Source of the DNA: Cystobasidiomycetes sp. EMM_F5
Taxonomy: Eukaryota
Direction: 5' to 3'
DNA length: 64,000 bases
NCBI GenBank assembly: GCA_051047955.1
Contig: JBPGPT010000001.1
Location: 124,001 to 188,000 of the forward strand
Position numbers and translations under genes: made by a program
Notes under the pieces: generated by a model
Told to the model about the DNA's origin: nothing
The model's input: only the letters and a program-made list of their open reading frames with translations
The model's database searches: none
Shown: positions 1 through 12,800 of the stretch, piece after piece
Position numbering within the stretch: position 1 is the stretch's first letter
How the letters are laid out: the number at the start of each line of letters is the position of its first letter

Positions 1-189
1 CGGCAACGGCATACTTTAGTAGACTCGATAAACCGACTCTATCGCCGTGCCGGACTGCGTTTTGAGGCGTTTTGAGGCTTCGAAACGCATAAAAGCAACC
101 GTAACACGATGCTGATTTTGAGCCATCGCAAAAACCCCGATTCGTGATGGTGCAGAGTCATTGAGTTGTACTTTACCCAGACATGCTAA

Positions 190-2053
190 CTAGATTTCCG
201 GATTCCGATGGGTTTTGAAATAATTTGTGCGGAAGTCAAAGTGACCGGGCTGTCTCGAGTCCGCGGGATCTTCGACTCGGATGCCATTTGTCGTTACGGC
301 TTCGCGCTCTTTCTCCATGGTAATCAGCTGACATCGGATAAGGTTAAGTTGGTCTTCCTGCGACATAAGCGAATCGTACACTTACACGACGAGACCATTT
401 TCCAAATTTCTGTTCCGAGTTTGCTATGAGTCGTAAACCCTGTAGTTGCGGCACATCTGAGTCCTTGTATATTGCGGTAATCGTGGGAAGCCAGTAAACC
501 TGTCGGGCAGTAATATAAGTCTTGGCGCTGACAGCGATCAATGCTCTCCTGCACCGTACCAGGCGTCCACCTGGCCTAAGAAGCAGCAAAGCTTGTTTGA
601 GCAGCTCCACCAATACTTCGGACATCTCCCATGTTCTCGACGGCGGGACAAAATCCGAGCGTCTGTATGGGAGATGTAAGCACATCCGTGGTATCGCGAC
701 GGGAGAGGATCTCACTGATGGGAGAACGTTCCATCAGGCATTTGATAAGGTCCATCTCGGGCTTTGTCTTCAACCTTCCTCCCTAATCGCTTCGCACTGC
801 AGGGTACGACTTCAGCCGGTAAGACCGACTTGTACAAACGCATGAACCGACGACTCGCGAACTCCGTATGGAGGGTCCGAGATGATCCTGGGAAAGATTG
901 TTAGCTCAATCCGTACGACGAGTAACACGTTAATTACTTACGCATCAATAAAACCGGTCGTTCGCCATGGATTCTGTGTGATATCAAAGACGCAACAGTC
1001 GAGGAATTGTTCCGTGACTCCATATTGCGTAGCACTGTCATAGACGGATTTTCCACGTTTACCACGTATCGATCTGCGGTAAAAGACTCATTAGACACCG
1101 AATTGCTACGGCACAATGCACAAACTTCACATACCTGCCATCGATATCACTGCCAAATACGTATGCTCCGAAGTGAGCAGCTGTGTAGAGCATGGACCCG
1201 GTTCCAACGAATGGATCGTAAATAATTTTGCCAGGTCCAGCTTTGGCCATGTTGGCCATGACAAGGGAGACGCCGGCCTCCATCGACGTATTACCAATGT
1301 AGACACGCTTCTTCAGATCAAATCGATCTATCAATGCTCGTTGTCCATCGCATACCTACGAGTGTGCTCAGCGGTCAGTATCGTACGTACAGGCGTCGGG
1401 AGGTGTTTACGCACCCATCTGCCAATGAAGACGCGACGCATGTGACGATCCGTAGGGCGCCCATCTCGGTGCACTACATCAGGCCAATCTTCCAATACGT
1501 ATACTTTCATGTCTGGATCTGACATTCGAATTGGCCCTTGAAAATCCAAGAAGGCAAAGTTCTGAATCACAGATCGCTTGTGCTCAGACGTGAGGCTATT
1601 ATTGTAACTCTCGACGACAAATTTGAAAGATGTGCCCGTCATATATGGCTCGAGCAGAACGCGAGTCGCTTCGCAATTCTGGAGATTGTGGAACAGCGAG
1701 TCGTATGTCGGAGCTTGAAGATCCTTTCAGAACTTATCACGCCAGCCGTAAAATCTGACCTGACGAACCAGTTGCCCATAATTCGTATACAGCCTTCAAG
1801 AGCACACACCGGCTGCCGAGACGATGAGCTGCTTCGTCTGAGGCTATCCGGACGCGCATGAACGGGTTCTACACAAGCGTTGGTATGGAATTAGCCTTGC
1901 AGAATAGAAATGGAATTTGCCGTAATCTACATTCAGGTCGACATCTGCTTGTGTCCACGATATTTCCACATCAAGCGCCTCGCAAACTGCCTGCAGCTCT
2001 GGCATGCGGAAGTCGGAAAGTATTTGCGCCCATTGGAGCAGATAATTTTTCAT
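190..2053 (-). CDS. TRM11: tRNA (guanine-10-N2)-methyltransferase, multi-exon
   Basis: Exons encode FRMPELQA, LKKRVYIGNTSMEAGVSLVMANMA, YDPFVGTGS, FGSDIDGR, an IISDPPYGVR-type motif IV, LLLRPGGRLV|YWLPT and a C-terminal FRTNYF. ATG at 2053, TAG at 190. Confidence 0.95.
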
Positions 2054-2217
2054 AGTAGAGCGCAGAGTCTTGCCGAGTTTAGTGTTACTGCATCTTAAGA
2101 TGCGATACAGGATTCCTTGCAATTGATCACCCGTTTGCCGGTCCCCAGAAACCAAAGCGCAGCCAGCAGCTAGCGGGCTTCCGACCCTCACACGCACTCA
2201 GAGCTACTTTCATTCAT

Positions 2218-3257
2218 ATGCTGCAATCAAATATGGACTTGCTTGCGCAACAGAAAGCCTCATCTCTACCAGTGTCGGAGCCGGACGCACAGGCCGACTC
2301 GGCTCTGTTCAAGCTCCCGCCAGAGATCAGATCTTTAGTATGGACGCACGCTCTCACTGCATACGATGACAAGTCTCGTCCGTATCAGTATGAAGGCTCA
2401 CATCACTGGCGGCCAAAACATACATGTGCAAGAGTGTATGACACGGCACTCCTTTCGACTTGCCGGGCAATCTATCTCGAGGCCCGCCATCTGCCGCTGT
2501 CCGTAAATACTGCATATGTCTGGTGTTACAGAGGTCCTGATGTTCATCAGGCGCCATCTGCTCGAGGTCGGTCACCACATCCTGTTGGCATCCCACCTTA
2601 TCTCCTTATCGTCTCTGACGCTTCAGTTGTTCCGTAGCCGTAGCATCTTTCCTCCAGGAAGACGCTGACCTTGATGAGGATGATACACCGAGGCACTTCG
2701 AAAGGTTCCGGCGAAACCCCCTAATCCCCAGTCACTTCATACGTTCGGCACACTTCTTCACTCAGCAATACTTTTTGGAGTGTGACAATTTCTACTTTGC
2801 GACAATGGCACCTGAGATGGCTCACGTAGAGCATCTGACTGTCACTCTACGAGGGTCTGATTGGTGGAACTATCGCGAAAGCCAGCCTTTAGGTATCGAT
2901 CCACGCCTTCCAGCCGCCGTCACCTCTAGTCGCATGTTGCGAGCATGGGATGCAGACGTGCGGGGGGAGTCTATCTCTCATCATCCGGAAGCTTGGGGAT
3001 CAAACATTCGTAACTTACCCAAATTGCAAACATTCACTGTAGAGATGGAAGTCGACGAGACTCGCGAGGCGGCACTAGGGGACCTTGCGGAACATGCTCG
3101 TCAATACTGGACCTTTCTGCACCACGGTGGAGACATAATGAAGGCTGCTGGGCCGCCGCTTGTGACGAAATGGACCGGCCCAGCCTGTTTGGGCGTAGCC
3201 AATCGTAAGAGTGTGAAAGACGTCTGTATTGCTACGTATACCCTGCGTTTCGTTTGA
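2218..3257 (+). CDS. Fungal hypothetical protein with F-box-like N-terminal motif (DUF7730/2EXR-like)
   Basis: SALFKLPPEIRSLVWTHAL and ALLSTCRAIYLEA are typical of this fungal family. One intron at about 2567-2637; the second exon ends at TGA 3257. Confidence 0.7.
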
Positions 3258-3363
3258 GTGGCTGTGAAGTCGTTGTGCATTAAGCGAGAATGCCGCCGGT
3301 TTGTCGTGTCCGCTTGAAGAAGTCTTGCATGTGCATTGAAGGTTAGGTCTCGACCAATCTCGC

Positions 3364-4015
3364 ATGATGGCTCAACCCTCATCTCCGCTATCCAGGCCAG
3401 ACCCCTCGGATGACGCTGCTCCTCTCATTACGCTTGACCGCCCGAGATTTTGTTGCGCGACGTGCGGCGTTGACTTGGCCTTGCAGGCAAGCAAACGACG
3501 GCCGTGCAAGGACACTTTATTGACTTTGGACATAGGATGAGCTGGTCTCTAGAGCGTTCTCTGGCAGTGCGGGTCCAGCATTTCTGTTGCGCTCTGCGTA
3601 TGCTTGAGATCTTGCTTGCTCTGTGCATCATTCGGCTGACTTGAAGCATCATTTACGGCGCATGGAACGCTAACTCTCAGTATCAACGTGAAGCTAGCAA
3701 AGAGCGAGCAGAAAATGCTAATGACAGGCATGCATACTATTAGCAACATCAGTTGTCGGGGTTGCGAGACAACCGTGGGATGGGTGTACATCAAAGCTAA
3801 CGATGCCGGGCAGAAGTACAAAGAAGGTTCGTAGTGTTTCTCTAGTAGATATGTGGTGAACAATTCATTCATTCCATCGGCTTGAACTTGCAGGAAAATA
3901 CATATTAGAAAAGGTTCGTCAACGTTGATACTGCCCCGTATACTCAATCGCAGGGTATGACTTCCATGCGCTGCAGGACAAAATCATGAAGGAGAACCTC
4001 TGGAGTACAGAGTAG
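3364..4015 (+). CDS. Yippee/Mis18-family zinc-binding protein (Moh1-like), 5 exons; not present in the ORF track
   Basis: Manual splicing gives ...FCCATCGVDLALQ|DELVSRAFSGSAGPAFL...|INVKLAKSEQKMLMTGMHTISNISCRGCETTVGWVYIKANDAGQKYKE|GKYILEK|DKIMKENLWSTE*. This has two CxxC pairs and the KYKEGK yippee signature. Confidence 0.92.
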
Positions 4016-4389
4016 GCTTTCAAGACTTGCAGGGATAGGTGGACGTCATAGCAGCATCAATACCGAACATGCCATGGAGAAAAGCACTTGAAAAGCTGAA
4101 GGTCGGGGCACTTTGTATAAACGGGTATGGATTGTGGCCAACGGTGTGTTCATCTGAGAACAACTGCAGCTTACACAGTAGATTGACAGAAAGTCCACCC
4201 TATGCAGCCAGATCGAAAATATCGACAAACGTAATCAACGGAAAGAAATGAATATATCGTGGATGCCCGAGTCCAGCACCAGACTTCCCAGCCTGAGGCA
4301 GCGGGAGGGCATTAGATGAAGAGGAGAAAAGTAAAGCGGTGACCAAATCTTGCGGCCCGACAAAACTGGACGCATGGCCGGTCTTCACT

Positions 4390-6663
4390 TCACCAAGCAG
4401 ACTCGTCCGCCTTCGCTTTTGGTGCAAAACGTTTGGCCTTCTGCGATGCACCAGGGCTCGCTGCACCGGTCATCTCAGCCTCCTCCTCTTCCCATTCGTC
4501 AGGGTCTGGAAACTCGACGAGTTCGTTGTCGAAATATGGGACATTGTCTTCGACATCCTCGACGGTGTTGTACACCCCATCGGGGGCCTGCCTAGCCTTA
4601 ACTCGAGATCCACTAGTACCGATCCATAAGTCTAAGATAGGGTCGTAGTATGATTTACGATCAGCCGAATAAGTGACGGGTTTGTTTGTATTCGGGTTTG
4701 GCTGTGGCAGAGCAACCGGGGTATTAGCTGTTGGGTTTGGCGCAGCGTTCGTGGTAGGCGGGTATGCTCCGGTCTTGTAATCGGTGTAACCAGTGCCGGT
4801 TTTAACTATAACGTAGAAACAGAGGTCACTCCTGCTATCTAAGAGCCATAACCATGATGTTCTTACCTGTCCATCCCATGCTTTGCATTATTGCAACCGT
4901 GCCGGGGCCGACGGCTCTTCGCATGTCAATCTTTTGGAGCGCAATGACCTATTTATGAGGTATGGTAGAGTTCAGCACCGCGAACGTCGGCAGAAGGGCA
5001 GTCATTCAGCAACGTGTGGTCCAGGAGGGACGTTGGGCCATGTCACAGTGGTGGAACTTACGTCATTTAGCTTATTGGCTGGCAAAAGACCGTTCGTTTT
5101 GGCGATGTGCTGAGCGACTGTGGTTGACGACGCGCTTTGATAGATCATAAGGAACTCTGGTGTTTCCCGATATGTGTCCGCATCCAAGTGATTGCAGGAG
5201 CTGCCCGGCTTGTACGGATTTAGATGCGTCTCAATGAAGAGGTCGAGATTGCCAGCTCTTGTGTTGAATGTGAGCGACTTGCTACTCGTCGACAAAGCTG
5301 CCATACTGGACAACAGGTCGACTACGACTGGGGATTGCTTCAAAAAAGCGTTGTTGGCGGCCGGAAGTCGGGAATTATCATTCGGGAAAAGAACGCTGTT
5401 TGCGTAGTTCACGATATCTGAACGGGACGTCTTGGTTGGCGGAGTGTTGTATCGGATAAATCGATCATAAATATTTTCCGTCAAGCTGCCGGCGCCTTCG
5501 TTTCCAAAGCTGATCACAGACGGAAGATAAATGTCCTTGCCATTATAAGACGATCTGCTCCACATGGAGGCGAAGCCTAGGCCGTGTAGCAGCTATAAGT
5601 GCAACAGCTCAGAATATCGACAGAATATCAACAGAAAGTCTAGCTGACCTCATGAAGGACCGTTCCAAGGACATCATAGACTGGATCGTTGGTGGCGGCA
5701 GGCAACTTGTCGCCTTGGAAGTAGAGGCGATTCTTCGTGAAGCCCGGTCCGTGATCAATGTCGCGTGAACTTCGAAATTTGTATTGCGCGGTAGTCCAGA
5801 TCGTCAGAGAAGCGTCTTTTAGGAGACCAAACCCACTGACTTACTTGATATGCACGTTGATATCGTAAGTCTCCAGGCTGAAACTGGCGAGGTCGGCCGC
5901 GGACAGGATTTGCTTTACCAAAGCCTGGGGATAATAGCGCGTCTGGCCATCATCGCTAACGAGAGGCAGTAGACGGGAGGGTCCAGCATTGCCTAAGGCC
6001 CCTGGCGTTTCACCTGGCGAACATGCTCCGCCAGCTCCGTTGCAGTACGGTTTGATCATCAGATTCCTAGCCATCGAGACAGTCAGACAACAAACGCTTC
6101 GAAACGCCTCGAAGTACATCAGTTCGTCCCCTTACACCTTAATCCTGGTCTTGATATCGAAGATGCCTGACAAGATTTGCCCGGCGCGGTTGAAGGTCGA
6201 AATGACCTGCGTGCAATAGTCGGCCCGGGAACTAGCACTGCAAACGAGTGTCAGAAGGGACACGGCTACGCCAACGACAGAGAATGTTCTACTTACGATT
6301 GACACGGGAACGACTGAATGAAGTCGAACATGGACGAACTGCCGCCATTGCTGACTAATAGGGGTGGAGCAGCGGACTTATGCAGGTCAATTTGCAAACA
6401 GACGGGGGCGTTGAGCGATGAGGTAGGCGGAGGTGTGAGGAATCTCGACTCACTGAGGGTACAACAGGGGCCGTCTTGGGCGCCCGGTATGCTCGCTTGG
6501 ACCGGTCGGCTACCATGCACTCCACAGGATAATGCGTCTTATTTGTTGGGTGGCTTTGTGCCAGACATGGAAGCGCTTCCTTAGCCACTGTAGGGGCCGC
6601 AGTAGGATGTCCCAGAGCGAGCGAAGCGCCTGTTGCTAAAGTTCCCAGTGTGAAAAGGAGCAT
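4390..6663 (-). CDS. Secreted zincin metalloprotease-like protein (HExxHxxGF...H...M topology), multi-exon
   Basis: Signal peptide MLLFTLGTLATGASLALG, then RYYPQALVKQ, YDVLGTVLHE|LLHGLGFAS across intron 5593-5648, then GSSCNHLD and PEFLM, followed by a Pro/Thr-rich and an acidic tail. 3' end approximate. Confidence 0.8.
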
Positions 6664-7555
6664 AGTGCCTGCAGTTTGAGATTGCAAAAGAATGTGATTT
6701 GTGTACTGCTGACGACGATAGGTAAGGACAGACTAAGGTAAGGAAAAGATGCGATGGCTGTAACGTAACGAAATGAGTGTGTTGGGAGAAAAGAATGAAA
6801 GCAAGGCAAGCCGTTTTCATACTAACACTGCGGCACATTATTGCAGGTGACCTGATCTCAGCGTAATTCCGCTAGACAATAGGTCAATCAGGAATGTGAG
6901 CTCCATGTGGAGGGAAAACTCGCTTCAGCGGAAACTCCCCGCAAAGTCGCTGCTCAAAGACCCCGTGCGCTGCTGATCAACGACATGCCTGACAAACAAT
7001 TATACATGCCTGAAGGCATTTTTAGTCAGCCGGTCAAGACTCCTCGGGTGCTCCCTGTCATATTTGTCTGCACGTACAGTAATACTGGAGTCCTGTTACA
7101 TACGGTGCATCCATAGAACCTGTTCTGTGTGTATACGACGAAATATCGTTTGTGCATAAGTCAAGTGCTTCCTGTGTAGAATTATATAACGTATTGAGGA
7201 ATGTTCCATCAAGTGCCGGCGCCGGAATGAGAGCATGGATCTTGACAGTGTAAGTTAGTCATTGTTTACCCTGCACATAACTTGACTGTCAGCTGTGCTC
7301 GGTTCGGTCACAATATGCAATCTATGTACAGCACTACTGTATGCCGCAACCATAAGTCAACAGATCTAGAGTCAGCTCGTTCCCTGTTCTCGACTCGACT
7401 CGAAGCACCGGCACTTGAACGCATCACGGCAGGGCGCAGAGAAGGCGTCAGCACAGCGTCTGCGAAATCATGCTCCGTTTCGGCTCCGGTCAAGACGCGT
7501 GCGGGGGATGCGATTACGATACAGTATGCACTACACACACGAACATATGTTCACG

Positions 7556-9376
7556 TCAAGCCTGTCCATTCTGTGCTGCTCCTGCCGGCGGCTGCACCTG
7601 CATCTTGTTCAGGAACTTGGTCAATCCCGGATTTCCCCCTAATCTGTCAATCTCTGCGCAAGCTTGTGCGTCCAAGCGGGTCAGCACGCTCCTTGTATAC
7701 TCGAAGGACCTGGTATTGCTCTCCATGTAATTCACCGCGAATGCCTTCATGGTTGCGTCTGTCGGTTTTTGCCGCAACACGTCTGTATATTTGACGATGC
7801 ATTCAGTACCGGTATATGCCCATCACGTCCTCAAAGAGGATTGCACTCACTCAATATGCGCTGATTGCTGGTGTCCGCTCGTATCGAATGTACGACAGGG
7901 AATGAAAACTTGCCTTCGGTTAGATCCTCGCAAAAGCCCTTGTTATTGGTGTACTGTGTGATGGATATGAGATGATAGGTGCATCACAATCAGCTCTGTA
8001 TCGCTCATGAGACAGGTGCAGACATCTCGACCTACGGTATCTGACCGTAAATTCAGATAATCATCCGCTATTTGGAAGAGAATGCCGATAAGGTTGACGA
8101 GGGGGATGTATGACCTGTCATTGAATCTGAGCCCTTGGCCAACTGCTGTCGGGACCGGCAAGCCTACTCTTTATTCGGTTGAGTAGATGTAGCCGCCATC
8201 AGTCGGATCGCTATTCGGAATAGTCCACCCGTTTCTGCAAGGAAATGAGAAGAGATGCAATGGGTGAAACGATGCGTCAGTAGAGTATCTACGCGGAAGA
8301 GGCACAAGGCTCTCAGTGAGTGCCAGGGACACACTCACTATTGCTGACCATATCAATATACTCTTGTTCTGTAGGACACGTTAGGGAGTCTCGCCAGTAG
8401 AGGTCCATCCCTTGTCCGCGATGTAAGTTGAGCAACTCGTCTACGCAAATGACACTGCATTCAGTCTCACTATCGCTTCCGGGAAGTTAGCGATGAACGC
8501 ACCATTCACAATCTCTAACAAGTTCGCGCCGTCGACTGCATGTGTTTGCAGCTCGAAGAGCTTCTGATACGCTTGAAAGTAGACGTAATTTGCGCAGTTT
8601 ATTGTTTGTGGTATCCCGTAAATTTTGTGTGCCACCGGACTTCCTCTCCGCAGCTATATTGAGAAGCGATATCAAATTAGAGCCGAAGAGGTGCCTTTGC
8701 ATGTTTGGAGACAGCTCACCACTGAATCATCTTCTACATCATCCATTCTGGACATGAGTTTGCGGATGGGGCAGGTCAGTCTGGTCAGCGCTAGGAGCGT
8801 AGAAACATACGCACAGAAGACTCGCCGTATGCAGCATCCCTACGACCTGCTTAACAACCTCTATACTTTCCGCAGGGACTTGCAACCATACATTGAAGGC
8901 GTCGATAAGCTGCGCTCGCATGTCCTTCCCAGGGGATGCGGCGAGATAGGTGAATGGCTCTAGGACCGTCTAAGATGTGCATGAAGGAGTGTCAGCTCCA
9001 TCTATCTGAAATCCCTGGTGCTATGGTGGTTTGGGTGTAAGTGGAATTACCAACTGACTGCTTCTTTTGCTGCTGGCCATCTCGTCGCGGGGCTGTCGCT
9101 CAGTTTGCCCAGGATATCATCATAATAAGATAGATCGCCTGCTCCCTGCATTGTCGCATTCGAATCCCGTGCTTGCGAGTCGTGTTGTAAATTGCTCAAG
9201 CTGTTGTTCATTGAAGAAGGGGGAGATGAGGAAGAGTCGCCGTTCGAGAGATAGAATGAGCTGCCGTTACTGCCGTTGCCGTTACAAGCACAGCAGCTGT
9301 ACTGATGGTTGCCGTTCCCATTAGTGGCTGACGACGAGGTCGGCTTTGACAGCGGCAGAGAAAGCTGGGGCTGCAT
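7556..9376 (-). CDS. BTS1: Geranylgeranyl diphosphate synthase (type III, BTS1-like)
   Basis: [74 protein letters not shown]. Confidence 0.93.
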
Positions 9377-9823
9377 GGTTGGACCAAAGTGCGAAAATGA
9401 CAGCAGGGTGGAGCGCAGACTGCAGTCACACCGACTGTCGATGGGACAGCTTCAGTCAGAAGAGCCTGAAGCTTACCACTACAATATTGCAAGTATTCTT
9501 GGCTTGCATGGTTCCGAAGATCTCGATTGCTTTGAAGACCACAACGATAGGCCGAATACAACGCAGTATACTCTCACAGAGCTTGCTTTTAGGTCGTTGG
9601 CCTTGTTCTACGCTCACTGCACTGCAGTTGTAGCCTCATAGTCCGTCCAATAACGAGCATCTCTTGTAGAATAGGTTGCCCTCCCACGCGTCACCGGGAT
9701 CCCCGGACGGGAAGCGACAGCTGCGATAATTAACGAGGCGAGCAGCTTTCAAACCCCAACACGCCGTAAGTGACAACGGCAGCGACGATAGAGACCTGCA
9801 GAGTCACTCGCTGCGTCCAAGTC

Positions 9824-12800
9824 ATGGAGTCTGCAAAGGGCATCGTCCGCAAAGGCTCGGGCTTCTTCAGGCGAGACAAAGGCGAGCACCATCATGACGG
9901 CGGCGAGCAACAGCAGCAGCAGCAGCATACTGCCGTGCCAGCGAACCCGATATCGGCAGTCAGACCTCTGCACGCACGGCGGGACAGCGCTTCGTCCGTC
10001 AAAGCAGCAATGCAGCTCAACCAGCACTTGATGTCATCGTCATCGTCCGAAGCAGTACCGCTGCCCTCGTACGCCTCGACGCCCGGAGGCAGAAAGAGGA
10101 GCGACAGCTTTGCTCCGTCTCCGCTTTCCGCAAAGCCCGGTCAGTTTGGCGAGCTCGTACGTCTCCATGTAGGCCGACTAATCTGAGTACTCCCCATGTC
10201 CCAGCCACTGCCATGAGTCCAGAAGACTCGCTCAAGAGTTACGAGCTATTCGAGGCACTACGGATGCGTCAGTCGCCTTCACAGAAGCCATTTTGATGGG
10301 GCTGTGCTCACTGTTATCGCCATGTATGCAGACGATCCGATACATTCGACGAATGAACAAACGGCTGCGCTCGTTGCTGCAGTCCAAGCTGCACCGCGGT
10401 CTGGGCCGGGAGTACCGACGCCGCTTCATACAGCAGTCAGATGCGCAAAGGTTCGTACTTCCTCCGTTTCTGCGTGTTGTGTGTTGCCCGCCTGTCGTTT
10501 GCTACCTGCCTGCCGTCGAACGGCAAGCCCCGCTCTCCGGGCCGGCAGCCGCAGAGGGCAGGCTGAAGCACCCATCATGCAGTCCTAATGCTGACTTTAC
10601 GTCTTCTTCTTCATTCCGCTTTCGTCTCATACACCACTCGATACATCGACGATCCTGTGCCCCACGTGCACCTCCTGCAACCTCACTCTCTGGCCTCCTT
10701 TGCACTCCTTGCCCATCACAAAACTTTCCGCCTCTTCTCTGTCAATTGCTCTTTCCAACATTGTCAATATCGACGACACGATAATCGATACCACGATGAA
10801 CATGGCCTCGAAACCGGACATGCTGCATTCCGGACTTCGCTTACATCCGCGATTGACGCACCGCTTCTCCTCGATTGATGTCCTATCCGAAACATCATGG
10901 ACTTGCAATGATGCCACTTATACTACCCCGGCCACGCATCGACAACCTAATTCTCAATCTCCAACACCACACAATCCTTCTGTGACGTATATCCCACGAT
11001 GGCTTCTTTCTCTGGTGCACAACCGATACTCGCGTATGAATGGGTCGCGCGTTGTGGTCTACATTACCGACGATCAAATTGCTTCTCTTATGCTCCGACA
11101 CCGCGATACACCTCACTTGTCTCCGCATGCACCAATGTCGTCCTCTATCGACTCCTGCATCAATGAACACGACGCCACTCTGCTCTCATTATACTCCGAT
11201 CAAATTGAACAGCTGCGAACCCTTGAGACTGTCTTGCCAGCTTGTGTCGGCGATATTAATGCTGTCGATGCAGATGGCCAGACTCCGCTACACGTAGCAG
11301 CCGCTCTTGGACGCGCTGATATTGTCAAACTCCTCCTCAGTCAACCTGATATCGTAAGTGTCGATAGTAAACTTGGCGTAACAGCGCTGAGTTTGCCATC
11401 GCGCAGAATGATGCTATCCGAGATCACAACGGTCGTACCGCTCTCGAGGTGGCCAAAGGTGCACAAGTGGCACAAGTCCTGCAAGGCAAGTTGACAATAG
11501 CCGTTCCAGCTTTTACAATTCCTAACGCATTACTACAGTCGCACGCGCTCAATATAACGAGACTTATATCTCGCTCTTGGCTGCCTATGCCGGAGCCTCT
11601 GGACAGTCGAGCCAGCGACAAAGCTTGACTGGCTATGCAACGCCAATCGCGACTGCTTCGGAGCCCATCGCTGTAGATGCGCTCACTACCAGTCTCGCCA
11701 ATACCGACACGCGAGAAGCACTGTATCGCTTCATCTCTAGGGAACGATCGTCAGGAATAGACTATTCAGCTTTGACTTCCGGGTCGAGAGGCACTACTGT
11801 CATTCACGAGGCAGCACGCAGAAGAGATGTGGATATGCTCAAGTTATGCGTTGCTCGCGGCGCTTCCCTGGTAGTTCGCGACAGGAAAGGCAAAATGCCA
11901 ACCGAGTACGCAAAGGACGATGCTGTTCGTGCTATTCTCCGCCAAGGAGCTACGAGCGAAAGCCGAGCCCTGCGTCAGTCGACATCTTCTCTCGCTAGTC
12001 TCTCTCTAAACCCGTCCGCTGGAGCTGGATCAGCCTCGGCACCCATAATGAAGGGTTATCTTAGCAAATGGACAAATATGGCACGCGGCTACAAGACGCG
12101 GTGGTTTGTCCTTCATCATGGTCATCTCAGCTACTATCGCGATCAAGAGGAGGAAGGTCAAGCTTCGCGAGGTGTCATTAGCATGGCTATCGCAACCGTG
12201 GAAATCTCGACAGACAAAGCTGCATTTATCGTTGGCACTACGCTGGGCAAGACGCCCAGATGGTTCTTGAAGGGTGCTCATCCTGTCGAGGTCATGCAGT
12301 GGATCAACGCACTCAGGACCAGCATCGAATTCGTCAAAATGGCAGATCAGGGAAATGCTTCGTTGACTATCCCGTCTTCGCCAAGTATTGGCGGAAGCAG
12401 TCCAAACATGTCGAGCTCTGCAAGTCTGCAACCTCCACAGGGGGCTATGGCGTCGTCGGCTTCCTCCATTGGCCGGTCATCCAATGCCTCTGACATATCC
12501 CTCCCCTCAAACAGGGACGGCAAGCCGGTCTTCCCTGGCATTAAGCGAACGATCACGTCCGGTACGGCCAATACTGCCAATACTGATCTTGACGGCACAC
12601 GACCAACAACACCAGAAATGACCGATGAGGAGGATGCATCAGCTTCCGGATCCCATGCACATCCACCTCATGAGGATACCTTCGTCTTCACTTCGAACAG
12701 CACAAAGACGCAAATCCAGTTGACAGAGCAACTTATCTCATCGCTGACATCGCCTGAGGCGGACCGCGATCCTGCCAGACGCAAGCAGGTCGTTACTGCT

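Noticed and set aside
10451..11212. Possible intronic snoRNA host
   Set aside because: No clean box C (RTGATGA) and box D (CTGA) pair with a terminal stem; AG exclusion and the in-frame ORF explain the intron better.
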